Positions 1 to 36,152 of a stretch of DNA of 64,000 nucleotides are shown here, piece after piece. Location of the stretch: contig CM035352.1 of the NCBI GenBank assembly GCA_020137815.1, positions 5,456,001-5,520,000 of the forward strand, given 5' to 3'. Within the stretch, counting starts at the first letter, position 1. Each line of letters opens with the position of its first letter. Source of the DNA: Hormiphora californensis (taxonomy: Eukaryota; Animalia; Ctenophora). The translations under genes and the position numbers were made by a program. Below the pieces are notes generated by a model. That model did no database searches. It was given only the letters and a program-made list of their open reading frames with translations, and was not told the DNA's origin.

Positions 1-2310
1 GCAGTTTGGACGTGTGGATAAAGAGGCGAGAATGAAGTATGTGAAAGAGGATCTAGAGGAATCAAGGGATGACCCAAAAGCACTTCAGAGGAAACTCAGT
101 CGCCTTCTTGGAAACAGTGAAACTTTTCTACCGGAAACAAGTGATAAGAGGAAGCTAGCAGATGACTTTGGTGACTTCTTTGTTGGAAAAGTTGAGAAGA
201 TTCGGACTACTGTGGTTGAGGAGCAGAACCAGAGGACTATGAGGAATATTTTACATCAGACCCCTGTCTGTTGTTTTGAAAAGTTTAAGGAAGTTTCCCA
301 AGAGAAACTAATGAGGATTATCAAGGATATGCCTGACAAAACCTGTGACCTTGATCTCATACCTACGTGGTTGGTGAAAGGTTGTATCCATCAGCTAGCA
401 CCCGTTTTGTGCAAGTTTGTAAACCTGTCGCTCCAGTGTTCCAGCGTTCCCGAAATTCTTCAACAAGCATTGGTTTTTCCTACAATTAAGAACCCCCATG
501 GGGACAGAGACTCCTTGTCCAACTACCGTCCAGTCTCCAACCTACCGTTTATCTCCAAATTACTGGAAAAAGTTGTCTTAGAGCAGCTGAACTCATACCT
601 CAATGACAATGAGTTACTGAACAAACATCAATCTGGTTATCGGGTGGGACATAGTTGTGAAACTCTCCTGATGGGTATGTTTGATGACTTACTTCAAGAC
701 CTTGATGAAGGAAAGGTCACTGGCCTCTTTCTATTAGACATGAGTGCCGCCTTTGATACAGTGGACCATGGGAAGCTGCTAGAGATTCTGGAAGGACGTT
801 TTGGAGTGAAAGGCTCTGTGCTGGATTGGTTTACCAGCTATCTACAGTGTAGGAATTATCGAGTTAATGTGGAAGGGGAACTTTCGAGGATCATCTCGCT
901 GGTATGTGGAGTTCCACAGGGGTCATTGCTTGGGCCGGTATTGTTCTTGTTGTATGTCGAGGAGCTCCAGGACTTGGTTAGACCCTTTGGTCTAAGGATT
1001 AAGCTATACGCTGATGACTCGCAGCTCTACATCAGTCTTGTGCCTACTGACGAGGATAATTGGAATGCGGCGAAGGAGAGGATTGAGGAGTGTCTATCAA
1101 GTGTGAAACTATGGATGAGTGAACACTGGCTGAAGTGTAACGAGGCGAAGACAGAGTTTTTACTGTTAGGTAAGAGCAGTGCTCTGGATAAGATGGTGTT
1201 CCAGCCCACAGTAAACTTTGGAGGAGTCGAAATTAGCCCTATGGAATTTACTGGATCTGCAGGGAAGACCCTGGGTGTATTCCTTGATAGTAACATCTCG
1301 ATGGAAAGGCAGATCAACAGTGTTAAGAAACAATGTGGAATGCTTTTAAAGAATTTGTGGCAGGTTAACCGATGTTTGGATAAACCGACCAAGTTGCTTT
1401 TGGTGAAGCAACTCATCATTTCGAGACTTGACTACTGTAATGTCCTTTATGCTGGCTTACCAAAGAAGCTCCTAGACAGCTTACAGCGGGTTCTGAACTC
1501 TTGTGTCAGATTTATGTATGGCCTGTATGGTCACCAGGAGAGTTATATGCCCTACCTGAGTGAAATGCACGTCCTCCCGATTGAACAGCGAGTTAAGTTC
1601 AAGGTTTGCTTAATGGCGTACAAGATTGTACATGGCTTGGCTCCAGTGTACCTACAGGAACAGGTCCCTGTGGATGATGGGCTTCATGTGATCCGGACTA
1701 CCAGAGGAAACGCCCAGCCTGATGGCCTCAAGCTGAGGTATCCTAAACTATCCAGTGTGAATGCGACTTCTAAGTTGAGGAGGAGACGTCCGTCGGTTTA
1801 TCTGCCTGAAATCTGGAATAAGCTTTCCATTGATCTGAGAGCAATTGACTCTGTGGACTCGTTCAAGTCTAAGCTCAAGACTAGTCTCTTCACTGAGGCT
1901 TTTGGTGAATCCTGATCTTCCTTGGAGTGTTCTCTCCGTCTTGCCGAGGTTTGTGCTCTAGCTGGTACCGGTTTTATTTTTTCTGTATTTTGGCTCGTGG
2001 CGAGCGGAAGTGTGAAGCACAGTTTGGGTTTTTTCATAGCACGAGTGTTTTCTATCTATGGACTTTTAAACCATCTTTTTAGAGTTCCAGGACTCTAACT
2101 CAGTCTGTTTGTTATCAGTTACCGATAGTTATGTGAGCCGTTGTTTTTTCTTTACCATTTTTTGTGTGCAATATTAAGGATTAGTCGGTAGGTCTATTTC
2201 GAGTATGTTAACCGTTCAGATCATCCTTCAGTGACAGCAACAGTTCTACTGCTCTGTCCCTGTCGGATATGGGCGGAATACAAACATAGTTATTATTATT
2301 ATTATTATTA
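1..2310 (+). mobile_element. CR1/L2-group non-LTR retrotransposon, 3' part of ORF2 (RT, ORF 14-1915) plus 3' UTR; lies in a CAPS intron
   Basis: RT motifs NYRPVSNLPFISKLLEK, LDMSAAFDTVDH, GVPQGSLLGP, YADD and SRLDYCN; ends in a (TTA)n tail at ~2290-2310. Confidence 0.93.
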
Positions 2311-2413
2311 AATTAAAAAGACACCTAACGCATTTTGATTGTGTGCCTCTGGGGGACCAATTCATGTCATTTGATAACTTTGCTCGATCGTGAAAAAGTC
2401 AACTTCTACTCAC

Positions 2414-24393
<21,980 letters not shown>

Positions 24394-24653
24394 CGGCCCC
24401 TACTAGCATACCTGTGTGACACTGTGTTAGTGGTGGTGGGTATCATCGGCCCCTACTAGCATACCTGCCGTGTGTGTGTGACACTGTGTTAGTGGTGGTG
24501 GGTATCCAGTGGGTTGTGGGATACCACAGGGTGGATACTATCCACCCTGTGGTACTTTAACAATCTAACTATTCTGCACCCGCTCACAAAATTGGGTACA
24601 AGGTTCCCCCACCCCCATTTCTCCGGACCTTCCCGGTAAGAGAGGGTACACTG

Positions 24654-24762
24654 CAGGAACCGACCGAAACAAGTAAACAACCAATCAGAACTCGTTATTT
24701 AGGTCACGTGACTGGTTATCAGCCAATCAGGGACCGGTATTTCCTGATTCGGTCGGTTCCTA
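24654..24762. mobile_element. hAT-like MITE, copy 3
   Basis: Same TIRs; TSD gtacactg. Confidence 0.92.
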
Positions 24763-26103
24763 GTACACTGTACTCAATAACTGGACAAAGAGTGTTCACA
24801 TCGGATACAGCTAGTCCACCGCAACACTGGCTAGTGTTTAATGGCACTACAGTTATAGTACACTCTATTATATAGACCCGACCTACTCAATGTTTAGGTG
24901 GGTGTAACTCTTTCTCATAATTTCATGTCAGTATGTCGGTGTGTCAGTCGGTCTGTCTGGACAAAAGCATAGGCTAACAAAGTGATCGATAGGAACAACA
25001 TGTAATTTGAGTTTGTTATGAAATTAAAATATATGTTAGCCGCACGAATTTAGAGCATCAAGTTATAGGGTACAACATATAATAAATGGGCTGCTTCTAA
25101 GTAAGCCCTTCACTCCTAATTAGGGATAATAGCAACATATATATCACTACACATGCAGGCTGTGTATGTTTCATGAGGGCGTGTGTTGCCATGGTAACTC
25201 TATAGAGATACAAAAGACTCCCCATCAACATCATCTGAAACCATCAGCCCCCCCCCCCCCCGGTGTGTTATACACAGAGCCTCTCTCACATCTGCTGCTG
25301 CGGCAAACACACACACACGCCATTAAATAGACTCGCAATGTACACTAAACACTCGGTGCCACTGTAGTGTTATAGTGCCCTAATTATATCCAAGGATCAC
25401 CCCTTGTACCCTAATTGTATCTGGAGATAATTGCCGACCCCCCCTCACTAAACAAACGATTATAGCGGGGATTCGTGTAGAGAGAAGTAGGACGCAAGAG
25501 AATAAATTCAACAATCAAATTCTCTGGAAACTAGGACCCAACAAGCTGAATTCGGTCGTTGAGCATTTCTTATGATACAGATACGGTGTAAAGTGTAAAC
25601 TGAAGTACACTTGATGTTCATTAGCATTCAACTACTTGCTGAGCATGGCACAATAACGCCTGGTGCAGGCCAACTATCGGGTAGTAGTGGCAAACTGTTT
25701 AGCACACAACACACAAAAACTACATGGCACACAACTAGCTGTTACCACCCCCTTGTTGAGTAACAACTTGATACATCACAAGACGTGCTTTGTTGCAGAG
25801 GACAATGGAGAGGCCTGCACCCCTACAATACGCACTGGAGTGCACTATGTGTACTACACAGAGAAACAGAAAGAGGGGGGCAGCAGCAGCTACTGCGTCA
25901 AGAAACAAGGCTGGATTATCTCCCACCACACACCTGCCTCCCCTCCTAACACATGCGAAAAGCGCGAGTCATCAGACATAGCAGCATCCCATATTTGGAA
26001 TAAGTAGAATAGATCGCTGTCAATTCGTCACTACAGTAGTAGTACAGTAGTATGGATTAGTGCGTACCATCCATCTCTCTCCCTCCCCTCTCTCTCTCTC
26101 CCT

Positions 26104-26181
<78 letters not shown>

Positions 26182-26268
26182 CCCTCTCTCTCTCTCACCC
26201 GGTGTGTACTTAAAAGAACCACGTGGCCCTCTTTAGTAGTTCTGTTGATCCAAGACAAAGTGGACCTA

Positions 26269-26359
<91 letters not shown>

Positions 26360-26716
26360 TACATGACTGTTATGTACATTGTACTATGTACCATTGCGAG
26401 AAAGTGAGTATCAAAGGGAAACACTGCGTGTTAGAAAGTTGCACTGAATGCGAAGCAGGTTCAAATTTTAAAACAAATCACGGATACGCCTTCTTGACTT
26501 TTCATCGTTTTGCACAGATTAAAAACACCATTTCTATATTCAATGAAAAATTCTGAAAATCTGACATATCTGTCAGTGACATCTGACAAATAACTTTCCA
26601 ACTGATCTCAGAACAAGAATGATCCGTGACGTAGCAACAGATGTCTTTGTCCAGGCCGTGGCAGTACTGACGGTGGTAGGAAACACACACAATGTAAAGA
26701 ATGTCAATATATGTCG

Positions 26717-27885
26717 TTATCCTCTTTGATAGAGCTCACTGAAAACAGACAAATCCACACCACCACGATCTGCTGAATTCTGAGATTTATCCCATTTACT
26801 CGATCCGTTAATTAGTTCATTGGCAAGGAAATTGTGATAAGACACAGGCTGATTGAAACTGAGTTTTTGCTGTGTTTTAAAATCGAACGATTGTTGAAAA
26901 GGAGCTTGGGCACGATTCTGATCACCCGGTAATTTCCGGTATATGGCAGAGGTTTGGTGTTTTGATATTTGTTCTTGGAGCATGTTCCCCCGGTTCTGGT
27001 TCGGTCGCATATGCCTGCAAGAGATGGTATAATCTGTCAGTAGGTGGTTGATAAACTAAAACTTACTTATACAACTAAAACTTACTTATACAACTCAACA
27101 ACTCAGTTAAAAGTCTGAAAACTAACGACTATAAAGTAGTTTCACCTTGATTTGAGTCTGTAGAGTTTTTGATGTTTCTTGTCCCCCTTCCCTGGCTGCT
27201 CCGTTGGAGTTTTGGAGTTTGTCACATTCCGAGCATCCTGGAATACCTTGTCCAGGTCCACCACTCGCTTCTGTTGTCTCCCGTTGTCGAACATCGCAAA
27301 AAGAGTCCGGGTGTCATAAGACGGCGTCTCAAGACTCGTTCCCTGCAAAGATACACACACAGTAACAAATCAAATCAGAGCTGGTGAACCGTGGTAGCCG
27401 TAATGACTGATGGTGGGAACAAAACAACAAAAGATGGAATTGTGAAAACTAAAATCAAATTTCTAAGAATAAAATGATTGTCCGTGTCATCATTTATTGA
27501 GGGGAAGTCATCATGAGGTATCGTTGAAACGAGCATGAATCTCCATTTTCTCTTTCTTCGGGCCTACAAAGACGTTATATCGAGGGTGGGAGTATCGTTC
27601 TGTCTCCCAGTAGTCGATTACCATCCGATTATAGGAGATGTGACCACCAGTAGCCTTCCTCTTCTTCTTGTTTTGGTTTGAGCTGGTTGAGGGAGCGGAG
27701 GGGAGTTGAAGGGAGCTACCCTCACTCAGAAGGACCGTGGAACTGCTAGGTTTAGCAACCATTGAAGATCGTCGAGGTAGAACGAAAGGGCTTTCATTGC
27801 TCTTGATGGTCTTCTCAACTGAATCCTTGGTCACATTGGAGCCATCCTTAGACCTCAGTTTCTTCTTGATTCCTCCCACTTCCAT
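26717..27885 (-). CDS. Hypothetical ~252-aa basic, low-complexity protein; exons 27885-27622, 27342-27146, 27014-26717
   Basis: Three ORFs joined by phase-compatible GT-AG introns; no recognised domain. Confidence 0.6.
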
Positions 27886-28966
27886 GATGACAGCAGATAA
27901 AAGGGTAAAATCTCAGCGTGGTTTGCACGTGCAAGTAGCCATAGAAACAACCAACAGACAGATACCTTTCGCTGTCCCTTTGCAGCATTTGGGTCGGACT
28001 CAATTGAGTTTGGATCGGCGGCGGTGGTATGTTCAACCTCCATAGCAAGCAAAAACACACGGCAAAGACACAAAGCTGAGTTTTATGCTATGCGATGCGC
28101 ATGAATCAGTCATTCAGAACAGCCAATATGAAAGTTTGAAGGGGGTTTTAAAACAATTTTAATAGATCAATACTACGGCAATTCCTTTGGATGAAAATTA
28201 CCTTTTTCTTTTTGACGGAGTCATTTAACGATTCGCTGTCTACACTGCCAAGCATTGCCACGGAGCGCTCCAAACTTTGTATCAAAGAATCCATCCAGTA
28301 GTACTAAAAGATCTACTTACTACAAAGAGAGAGCTCGTTATAGCAACTGGCATATGAACAAAGTGCATGTTCAGCGGTAGTTTTACACAATGAATCTAAC
28401 AGAGCTAACACACACACACACACACACCAAGAACAAAAGAGTATCGGAGCTACTGATTCACAGTTTAAAAAGGGGAATTCTGATCAGTGAACCTCACGTG
28501 CATCGAGAGAGAGAGAGAGGGGGTACTATCGCGGCGAATTGATTCGAATAGTATTCGAATCAATTCACCGCGATAGTATTCGGAATACTATTCGTATCTA
28601 AAGTTTCTATTCGGAAACTTTAACATGGTGTACCAAAGAACAAATTGAATATTATATTGCCGACCATCGATTCTGCGATTATAAATTCAAGCATGTTATC
28701 ATCTGTATGGAGTGTGCAAGACAATATCCAAGACCAGTTTCCATACAGGATTACAGTGTGATTCACACGATATTTAGGAAGGTAATAATCTGGTATCACA
28801 AACACTGCTAGTTGCTATGTAATGGTTACTACACTAAATAAAAGGGGGTAGTATGGTGTTTTATCGGGATTCTCATGCGTCCAATCGACAAAATCAAATC
28901 CCCGACAAATTTTAAAAGAATGGAATGGCTAGTGGTTGCTCACACAACTTTTATAGCGAGTCAGAG

Positions 28967-29067
<101 letters not shown>

Positions 29068-31282
29068 TCGAGAGCGAGAACGGAATAGGAGATAGAGAGA
29101 CCAGAAATGAGAGCAGAAGGGAAAGCAAGAGGGGGAACACGTTCAAAAGCGATTGGATGCATTACGTACAGCATGCTGCTGCTGCTTCCCTGCCAGTTAA
29201 ACTAACACAGTGTTAGTAACAGTGTAAAACTGTGTTCAATGCTATTAAAATCAGTTTTGTATCATTTCAGAAGTGAAATGATTCACCATTGTTGAAAATA
29301 TCTCAGAATAATAACGAGTCCTCCTAACACACGGACCGGTTCAAATAACATATATTCAAACATGCAGAGAATTGAATTACAGATTCCTACAGACCTAACA
29401 AACCCACGTCACATTAGGCATGCATGACCTCTCTGGTTTGGTCGGCAAATGAGCCGGCTGCTGTTACTCGAACTATCGGTGTGATATAATGATCAAAATT
29501 CAATTTGTATCCACATATTATTAAACAAAATTGGGCGGCTTCTTTATCCAAGGTGGAGATATATCCGGTAAATTTATTAGCAGATTTACAAGAACCACCC
29601 AGAAAATGGTATTTTACTGCACATGACCAGTGATAATCCTTTATCCTCCCGGCAATTATAGTTCAAAGTGAATTTTAAACCAATCTGTACGCCAATGATT
29701 GCTGCGACGTTAAAAGTTTTATATTGATTGTTTGTGTGCATAACGTGCAAAACAGATTTTGTTGACGGATGATAGGATAGTTACGATCGAGGATGGAAAA
29801 GGAGAGATAATGTGAGAAATTGAGATAGAGAGATTGAGTGAGAGAGAGAGAGAGTGAGAGAGAGAGAGTGAATATGATGCAGAAACCGCGTACTAGCATG
29901 TTTTACAAACTCGAGAAAAACCAGTTACAAAACGGAACATGCAGCTCAAAAACTCGGGGTTTAAAATACCGGTCTCCGAGACTCAGCAAGTCTCGACATG
30001 TATGATTTTCATCATTGATCAGATCACTAACAGCTCTAGGAAAAAGCTATGATATCAAACGAATTATTTTTGGCAGGAATATACTGGTTATAAGAAAAAT
30101 GGAAATCCAAAAATTCTAAAAAAACTACCAAGTGATATCTATTTCTTGCTCGAATTCGAGTTCTTCAAATCTGAAGACTTGCCGCCTTGCCCCGATTCGA
30201 TTTACAATTTTTAGTGCGCCGCCGCCCGCCACCCGCTGTTAAACAACTCCCTAAAACCAAAAATAGTGGTGTTGACCACACTCTCTTGTCTGCCACCTGC
30301 ACCCACGTCCCATATCAATCCCTCGACTAGAATGTCAGAGCATTGGCCTGACAGTCCCTCGATAACCTACAACAGAAGCCCCAACAGAATTTGGAACTGT
30401 CTGGCGGCGCCAGACCCCAATTTGATTCTCAAATTGGGACAGTGCGCTCAAATGGGGTCGGCGGCACCAGAAAGATTTTAAACGTCCGCGTCGCCCTCCC
30501 CCCCTGTGTTCGTTCACGAAGTCACCCCCCCCCCCCCCAAACTCCTAGTCCTTCGGGACAGGGCCGCAACGAGGCTAAAGAACAGAGTAGTGGCCCCTCT
30601 TACCTGTAGCATCGCAGGGATGCATCCTCACTCTGTCAACTCCATTCACCGTCCCCTTCCACTCTGCTTTAATCTTCAATGTTTTTCTACAACCGGTAGA
30701 TTCCATGGCTGCTACCGTGTGCGGCAAAAAAAGGCCCCCCCTAGACCACCATAGTTGCCGATGTGGTGGAGAGCTGTAACTTGGCAGGGTTGCTCCACTA
30801 TGTCTATCTTGATCCTGACAGAAAAATCAGAGCTCTAGCTCAAAATTCATTTTCATGAACGGAATGAACTTCTCCGTTCCTTCGATATGAGACCCCCTCA
30901 TCATTCAGAATTTTTTGCCCGTCTTTGGCTAACGATTATCTTTGTAATGAGACCAATTTGAGCATAATCTGATTACCAGGAGAGACACAGTGGAGGGTTT
31001 TCCGACCGTCACTCCTGACATGTGATCCAGGCCCGGTCACGTGGTGAAAAGTGGGTTTGGGGTGCTGTTAACATGTCTCAATAACGGATTATTGCTCTCA
31101 TATCCCTTGAATATCCCTCCACAATGCTCTCAAGTCACTTTGTGATGCTGATTGATTGGGTTCATGTCACCAGTTCTTGTCAAAGTTCTCAAGCGGCCCG
31201 TGATACGAGATCATTTCATCAAGGAGATGGGGTCCATCTTTTTCGACTGCATCATTACAGTCATCTCAAAACAGATCGATTA

Positions 31283-31332
<50 letters not shown>

Positions 31333-31714
31333 AAATATGGGTAGTATGAAATGTATTCATTAAATTGAGCATGGGATAAATTGAAACACGATCGGTTAAC
31401 ATTGTGTCAAGAAAACTTTCCAACAAATTCCTTCAACAACTGAAAACCACTGCCCTCTCAAACAACTGTTGTACACGCTTATACACAAAACTTACACACA
31501 CAACTATACGTGTTCACTGGTTATACATAATACAACATATCTTATAGGTCCAGTAAATATCTCACCCCCTGAGTGACTGGTAATTAACACAATGAATATA
31601 TATTAATATAAAAGTGTTCGTTGTGGCTAATTTGTTAAATTAACTATTCGTTAATACTACTAATATAAGTGCCCGTTTGACAGTCTCTTTTCCAAAAAAT
31701 ACACATTCCACATC

Positions 31715-34270
31715 TTATATCGGTATTAAAGTAGCCTCATCAATTGGTTCTTCCTTCAGCGTTGAAACCACTGGTACAACTGGCTCCTTTACTGTTTCTG
31801 AAATGATGGAATGTTAGAAATATAGTGTGACATATGAAACTCATCGGACACACATCATTCTCCCTAACAATAACAATCACTTTGATAATACAACACAAAC
31901 CTACATACACACGGACGAGCTTTTCGTACCCTAAGTCCTAACTTCCTGTTTACCCTTGTATTTCGTCTTCCCGTGAGTGAAGGGCAGATATTTGAACTTG
32001 ATCATATGCTGAAAGAAAAGAGGTTTAAAGTTTATCAAGGGCGCTTGTCAGCGCAGAATTAAGGCTGCGACGCGCAAAAAGGAGCACACGAAATATAAAA
32101 CTGCTAACACTGATTACTTTCTACGTATCAATGTCGGTTGGATATGGCGCGCGGTGTTTCTTGTCTTCCTGCAGTAACTCACCTTGATCTGTCGCTTCAT
32201 GGTAAGGAAGAACAGGATAAAGAAATACATGACAAGAATTGGCCAGAACACTGGCACATTGAAGAAATCGAAGAATGTAGTAAAGATAGCGATGAGAGTG
32301 GATATCACTGTCTGCTCCCTGAAAATAGAGACTACAACTTCAGAAAGAGAGTTAGAGAGAGAGAGAGAGAGAGTTGTGTATTACATACACACACTGATAC
32401 ACACACTACTATTACTGCGCTGATACACTCACTACTAAAAGCGTATCTTGCGCTAACTATCACACGCATAGTACAGCCACATCGGTAGTGTAATTAGGGG
32501 GGATTGGGCAATATCTAACTTGCTACAGTAAACTATTTAACTCGACCCCTACATTTATATGGGTTATATCAAATCATTTATCAATCATTTATCTTACCAG
32601 AACTTGAACTCAGGTAAGCGCCTAATAAATGGTCTGAATTCTTCACTGTTACTGGTTGGCAATGAAGGTCCCTCATCTTCATCTAAAGAAGGGGTGTTAG
32701 AGGGAGGTGGGGTGTTAGAGGGTGGTGGGGTGTTAGAGGGAGGTGGGGTGTTAGAGGGTGGTGGGGTGTTAGGAGGTGGGGTGCTAGAGGGAGGTGGGGT
32801 GTTAGAGGGAGGTGGGGTGTTAGAGGGAGGTGGGGTGTTAGAGGGTGGTGGGGTGTTAGAGGGAGGTGGGGTGTTAGAGGGAGGTGGGGTGTTAGAGGGA
32901 GGTGGGGTGTTAGAGGGAGGTGGGGTGTTAGAGGGTGGTGGGGTGTTAGAGGGAGGTGGGGTGTTAGAGGGAGGTGGGGTGTTAGAGGGAGGTGGGGTGT
33001 TAGAGGGAGGTGGGGTGTTAGAGGGTGGTGGGGTGTTAGAGGGAGGTGGGGTGTTAGAGGGTGGTGGGGTGTTAGAGGGTGGTGGGGTGTTAGAGGGAGG
33101 TGGGGTGTTAGAGGGAGGTGGGGTGTTAGAGGGATGGTGGGGTGTTAGAGGGATGGTGGGGTGTTAGAGGGAGGTGGGGTGTTAGAGGGAGGTGGGTGTT
33201 CAGAGGTGGGTGGGGTGTTAGAGGGAGGTGGGGTGTTAGAGGGAGGTGGGGTGTTAGAGGGAGGTGGGGTGTTAGAGGGAGGTGGGGTGTTAGAGGGAGG
33301 TGGGGTGTTAGAGGGAGGTGGGTGTTAGAGGGAGGGTGGGGTGTTAGAGGGTGGTGGGGTGTTAGAGGGAGGTGGGGTGTTAGAGGGAGGTGGGGTGTTA
33401 GAGGGAGGTGGGGTGTTAGAGGGAGGTGGGGTGTTAGAGGGAGGTGGGGTGTTAGTGGGAGGTGGGGTCAGAAGGTAACAGGCCTAGTGGTACTCGAAAG
33501 TGGATACTCTTAGACGGCAATGCTTTTTTGGACGACCAATCCAATTTGAACGTTATGCAATCGAGCACCACTGGGTGTTACTAACAGATGGGTACTACCA
33601 GGAGGTGTGGGGTGTAACTTGTGGGAAGAAATTATTGGGTAACCAAATCTAACTATCAATTACAGATTTACAAAACTTATAATGCTTACCCATAGATTCG
33701 GCCATATCGAATAAGGGGTCAATCTTTGGGGAGAGGAAGGCGATAAACAGGTTTAGATGAAATATTGCCAGGGCATAACATGAAATATACCAACCCTGTG
33801 GGATAAAGCAGGGGATAATAGTATTTTTTTTCAAGTAAAACAAGGAAGTTTTAGTTCAACAGTTTACACATGTTTCAATACAAATTGTATTTCATCAGAA
33901 TAATAGTATGAACAGTCATGTATTTCCTACAATTATCAAGGACAAATCGTCATACGACATATTATACACGTGTACGTACCTCAAGGGCGAAAATTCGGTA
34001 TGCAAAGTAGAAGATAATTCCGAGAACAAAAAGCCATCGTGGGACTAAGAATGGAACTACGTCATCCAGGAACTTTTGGTACTTCTGTGGAGAAAGAAAG
34101 GTGTGAAGATTTGCCTAGACTCTGTTTTGCGCGCCCTGCGTAAAGGAGGGTTAGAACATAACAAGTGAAGATGTGATCAAAGAGGACTCCAAAGAGGACT
34201 CCAAAGTGATATTCAATTAGTTATTTAATAAACCAGTTACCTGTTTCAAAATAATTCCTGCTTTGTCCAT
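31715..34270 (-). CDS. RER1: RER1 Golgi-to-ER retrieval receptor, 6-7 exons
   Basis: [89 protein letters not shown]. Confidence 0.95.
32691..33468. repeat. 18-bp G-rich intronic minisatellite (ggggtgttagagggaggt)n, ~43 copies
   Basis: Direct repeat abutting a RER1 acceptor at 32683-32684. Confidence 0.97.
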
Positions 34271-34313
34271 GGTCTATAGAAACATGTTAAAATGTGTTAA
34301 TAAATGGGTAAAT

Positions 34314-35138
34314 GGGGGGGGGGGACATGTTAATTTTGTTAACTTTGTTAATATTAACATCGAGAAAACAGGTGATTTATTAACAAAATTAACAAAAAGT
34401 TAACAAACGTTAACAAATGCCATTTATGCCATCTAAATCCCCTTTAGCACGTATTTTTAGTATTTAACACTTGTTCTGCGAGCAAAGTTGTTCATTCTGT
34501 ACGATTTACATACCCCTACTACCTCTACTACGGCTTTTCTACAGCGATTTATTCCATTTTGTTAATGTTAATAAATACTAGCCAAACTAAACCGCAATTG
34601 AAGTCAAATGAGCCTAATCCACATTTTCGCACCCTAAAAACTAAATACGACTCATGAATTTACCTTAAAACGAAAAATATCCCAAAAATCTATTTTTCTA
34701 AAAAAACACAAGGATTTGTAGCGAAGCAAATTTTCAATCCTTGACCAAAAAATTGATTTTGGGAAAATTGTATTTCTTTTTTCAACAGAAACGTTGTACA
34801 TCCTCTTATTAAGTTCAAAGAATCGATTACTAATTTAAAAATTACGTTTAAGTGAGATTTTATACGCTAAATTGAAATATTTGTAACTTTTGGAATTTTA
34901 TCGATTTTGAGCCAAAAAACCTGTATGTCGGACTTTGGTTATCGGAAAAGGCCTTGTTTGGGTATATATGTGTTAGATAATTCATTAAACTATAAAATTA
35001 AACCAGTTAAAGTCGTATTATCAACCAATAAGAACAGTCTTTTAGCATTTGTTAATTTTGTTAATTTTGTTAATTAACGTTAATTAACAAAATCGAAAAA
35101 AGAGGTGATTTATTAACAATTAACATGTCCCCCCCCCC
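34314..35138. mobile_element. ~825-bp non-autonomous DNA transposon with G-run termini, copy 1
   Basis: TIR (G)n-acatgttaatt/aattaacatgt-(C)n; 8-bp TSD gggtaaat. Confidence 0.92.
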
Positions 35139-35267
35139 GGGTAAATAAATAAACAAACATCGTCAATTGTGAAACATAAAAAACAAATTTACAAAATCAA
35201 AATACACATCAATAACAATATTTAGGGCTCTCTTCAGTCACTAAGAGTCTATTTTCCTCCCTTCCTC

Positions 35268-35657
35268 TCATTGTCCTGATAATGCACTTTCTGACTCAAC
35301 CTCCTCCTTGTACGCATACGCGAGGGTGTGTGATATCTTGGTCATTTCATTTTCGAGGGATTTAGCCCAGTTAACGACATCGCCAACCTCTTTTAGAGCG
35401 GTATTAAAACCATCCAGAAGTTTCAGCCAATCATCAGTCTGTCGCTGCATGGTAGCAGCGTTGTATTGCAACTGTCTGGTGTGAGATTGTAGCTTCTTTT
35501 GATTAATATACGCCCCCTCAACTCGACTGTTCATCTTATCAACTAACAATATATTAAGCTGGGTACTCAGTTGTTGGATTTCTTTTCTTCTCATCTCCTG
35601 AGCGTCCCTCTGTATAGACTGTTTTGTCTGGTATCGTTTCATGGCTTGGGACATCAT
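35268..35657 (-). CDS. BLOC1S1: BLOC-1 subunit 1 (GCN5L1), intronless
   Basis: AYINQKKL...WLKLLDGFNTALKEVGDVVNWAKSLENEM. Confidence 0.93.
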   Translation of the reverse strand: MMSQAMKRYQTKQSIQRDAQEMRRKEIQQLSTQLNILLVDKMNSRVEGAYINQKKLQSHTRQLQYNAATMQRQTDDWLKLLDGFNTALKEVGDVVNWAKSLENEMTKISHTLAYAYKEEVESESALSGQ

Positions 35658-35997
35658 CTTCGTAGCTAAGGATTTATTGTTAGTGATGTTGGCAAAAATG
35701 AACTATAAATTCGATTTCTATACATGTAGTCGGGTTTTTAATGAAGAGGGTTCTTTTTGACCGTATTTTGAATGCACATATCTCCGGTTCCTGACTTGAA
35801 ATTTGGAGGTTATGCACGTAATATCCCCTAGTTAAAAAATTCGACTATACAGACGTGGCACCAGAAAATTCTGACATTTTAAGCCCCCGGTGGGGGTTGA
35901 GGGGGGCGACTCTGTGAGCAACTGATTACTGATATATAATAATAATAATAATTCATGACATTTAATATTAATACAGTGTTTAAAATAAATGGCTTGC

Positions 35998-36152
35998 TAA
36001 AGTCGGATTTTTTGAAGTTGTCACCCCAAAATGACCGCGCATGTGAAATTTATCAATTTTGACGCACACACCACACGTTAACATGTGATGTGACGCGCAA
36101 AAACATTCCGCGCACGAAAAGGGGGGTGACAGTTTCAAAAAATCCGACTTTA
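35998..36152. mobile_element. Short palindromic MITE related to 53587-53812
   Basis: TIR taaagtcggattttttgaa/ttcaaaaaatccgacttta. Confidence 0.75.

Noticed and set aside
32559-33513. ORFs of GGVLEG / GVRGRW repeats
   Set aside because: Translations of the intronic 18-bp minisatellite, antisense to RER1
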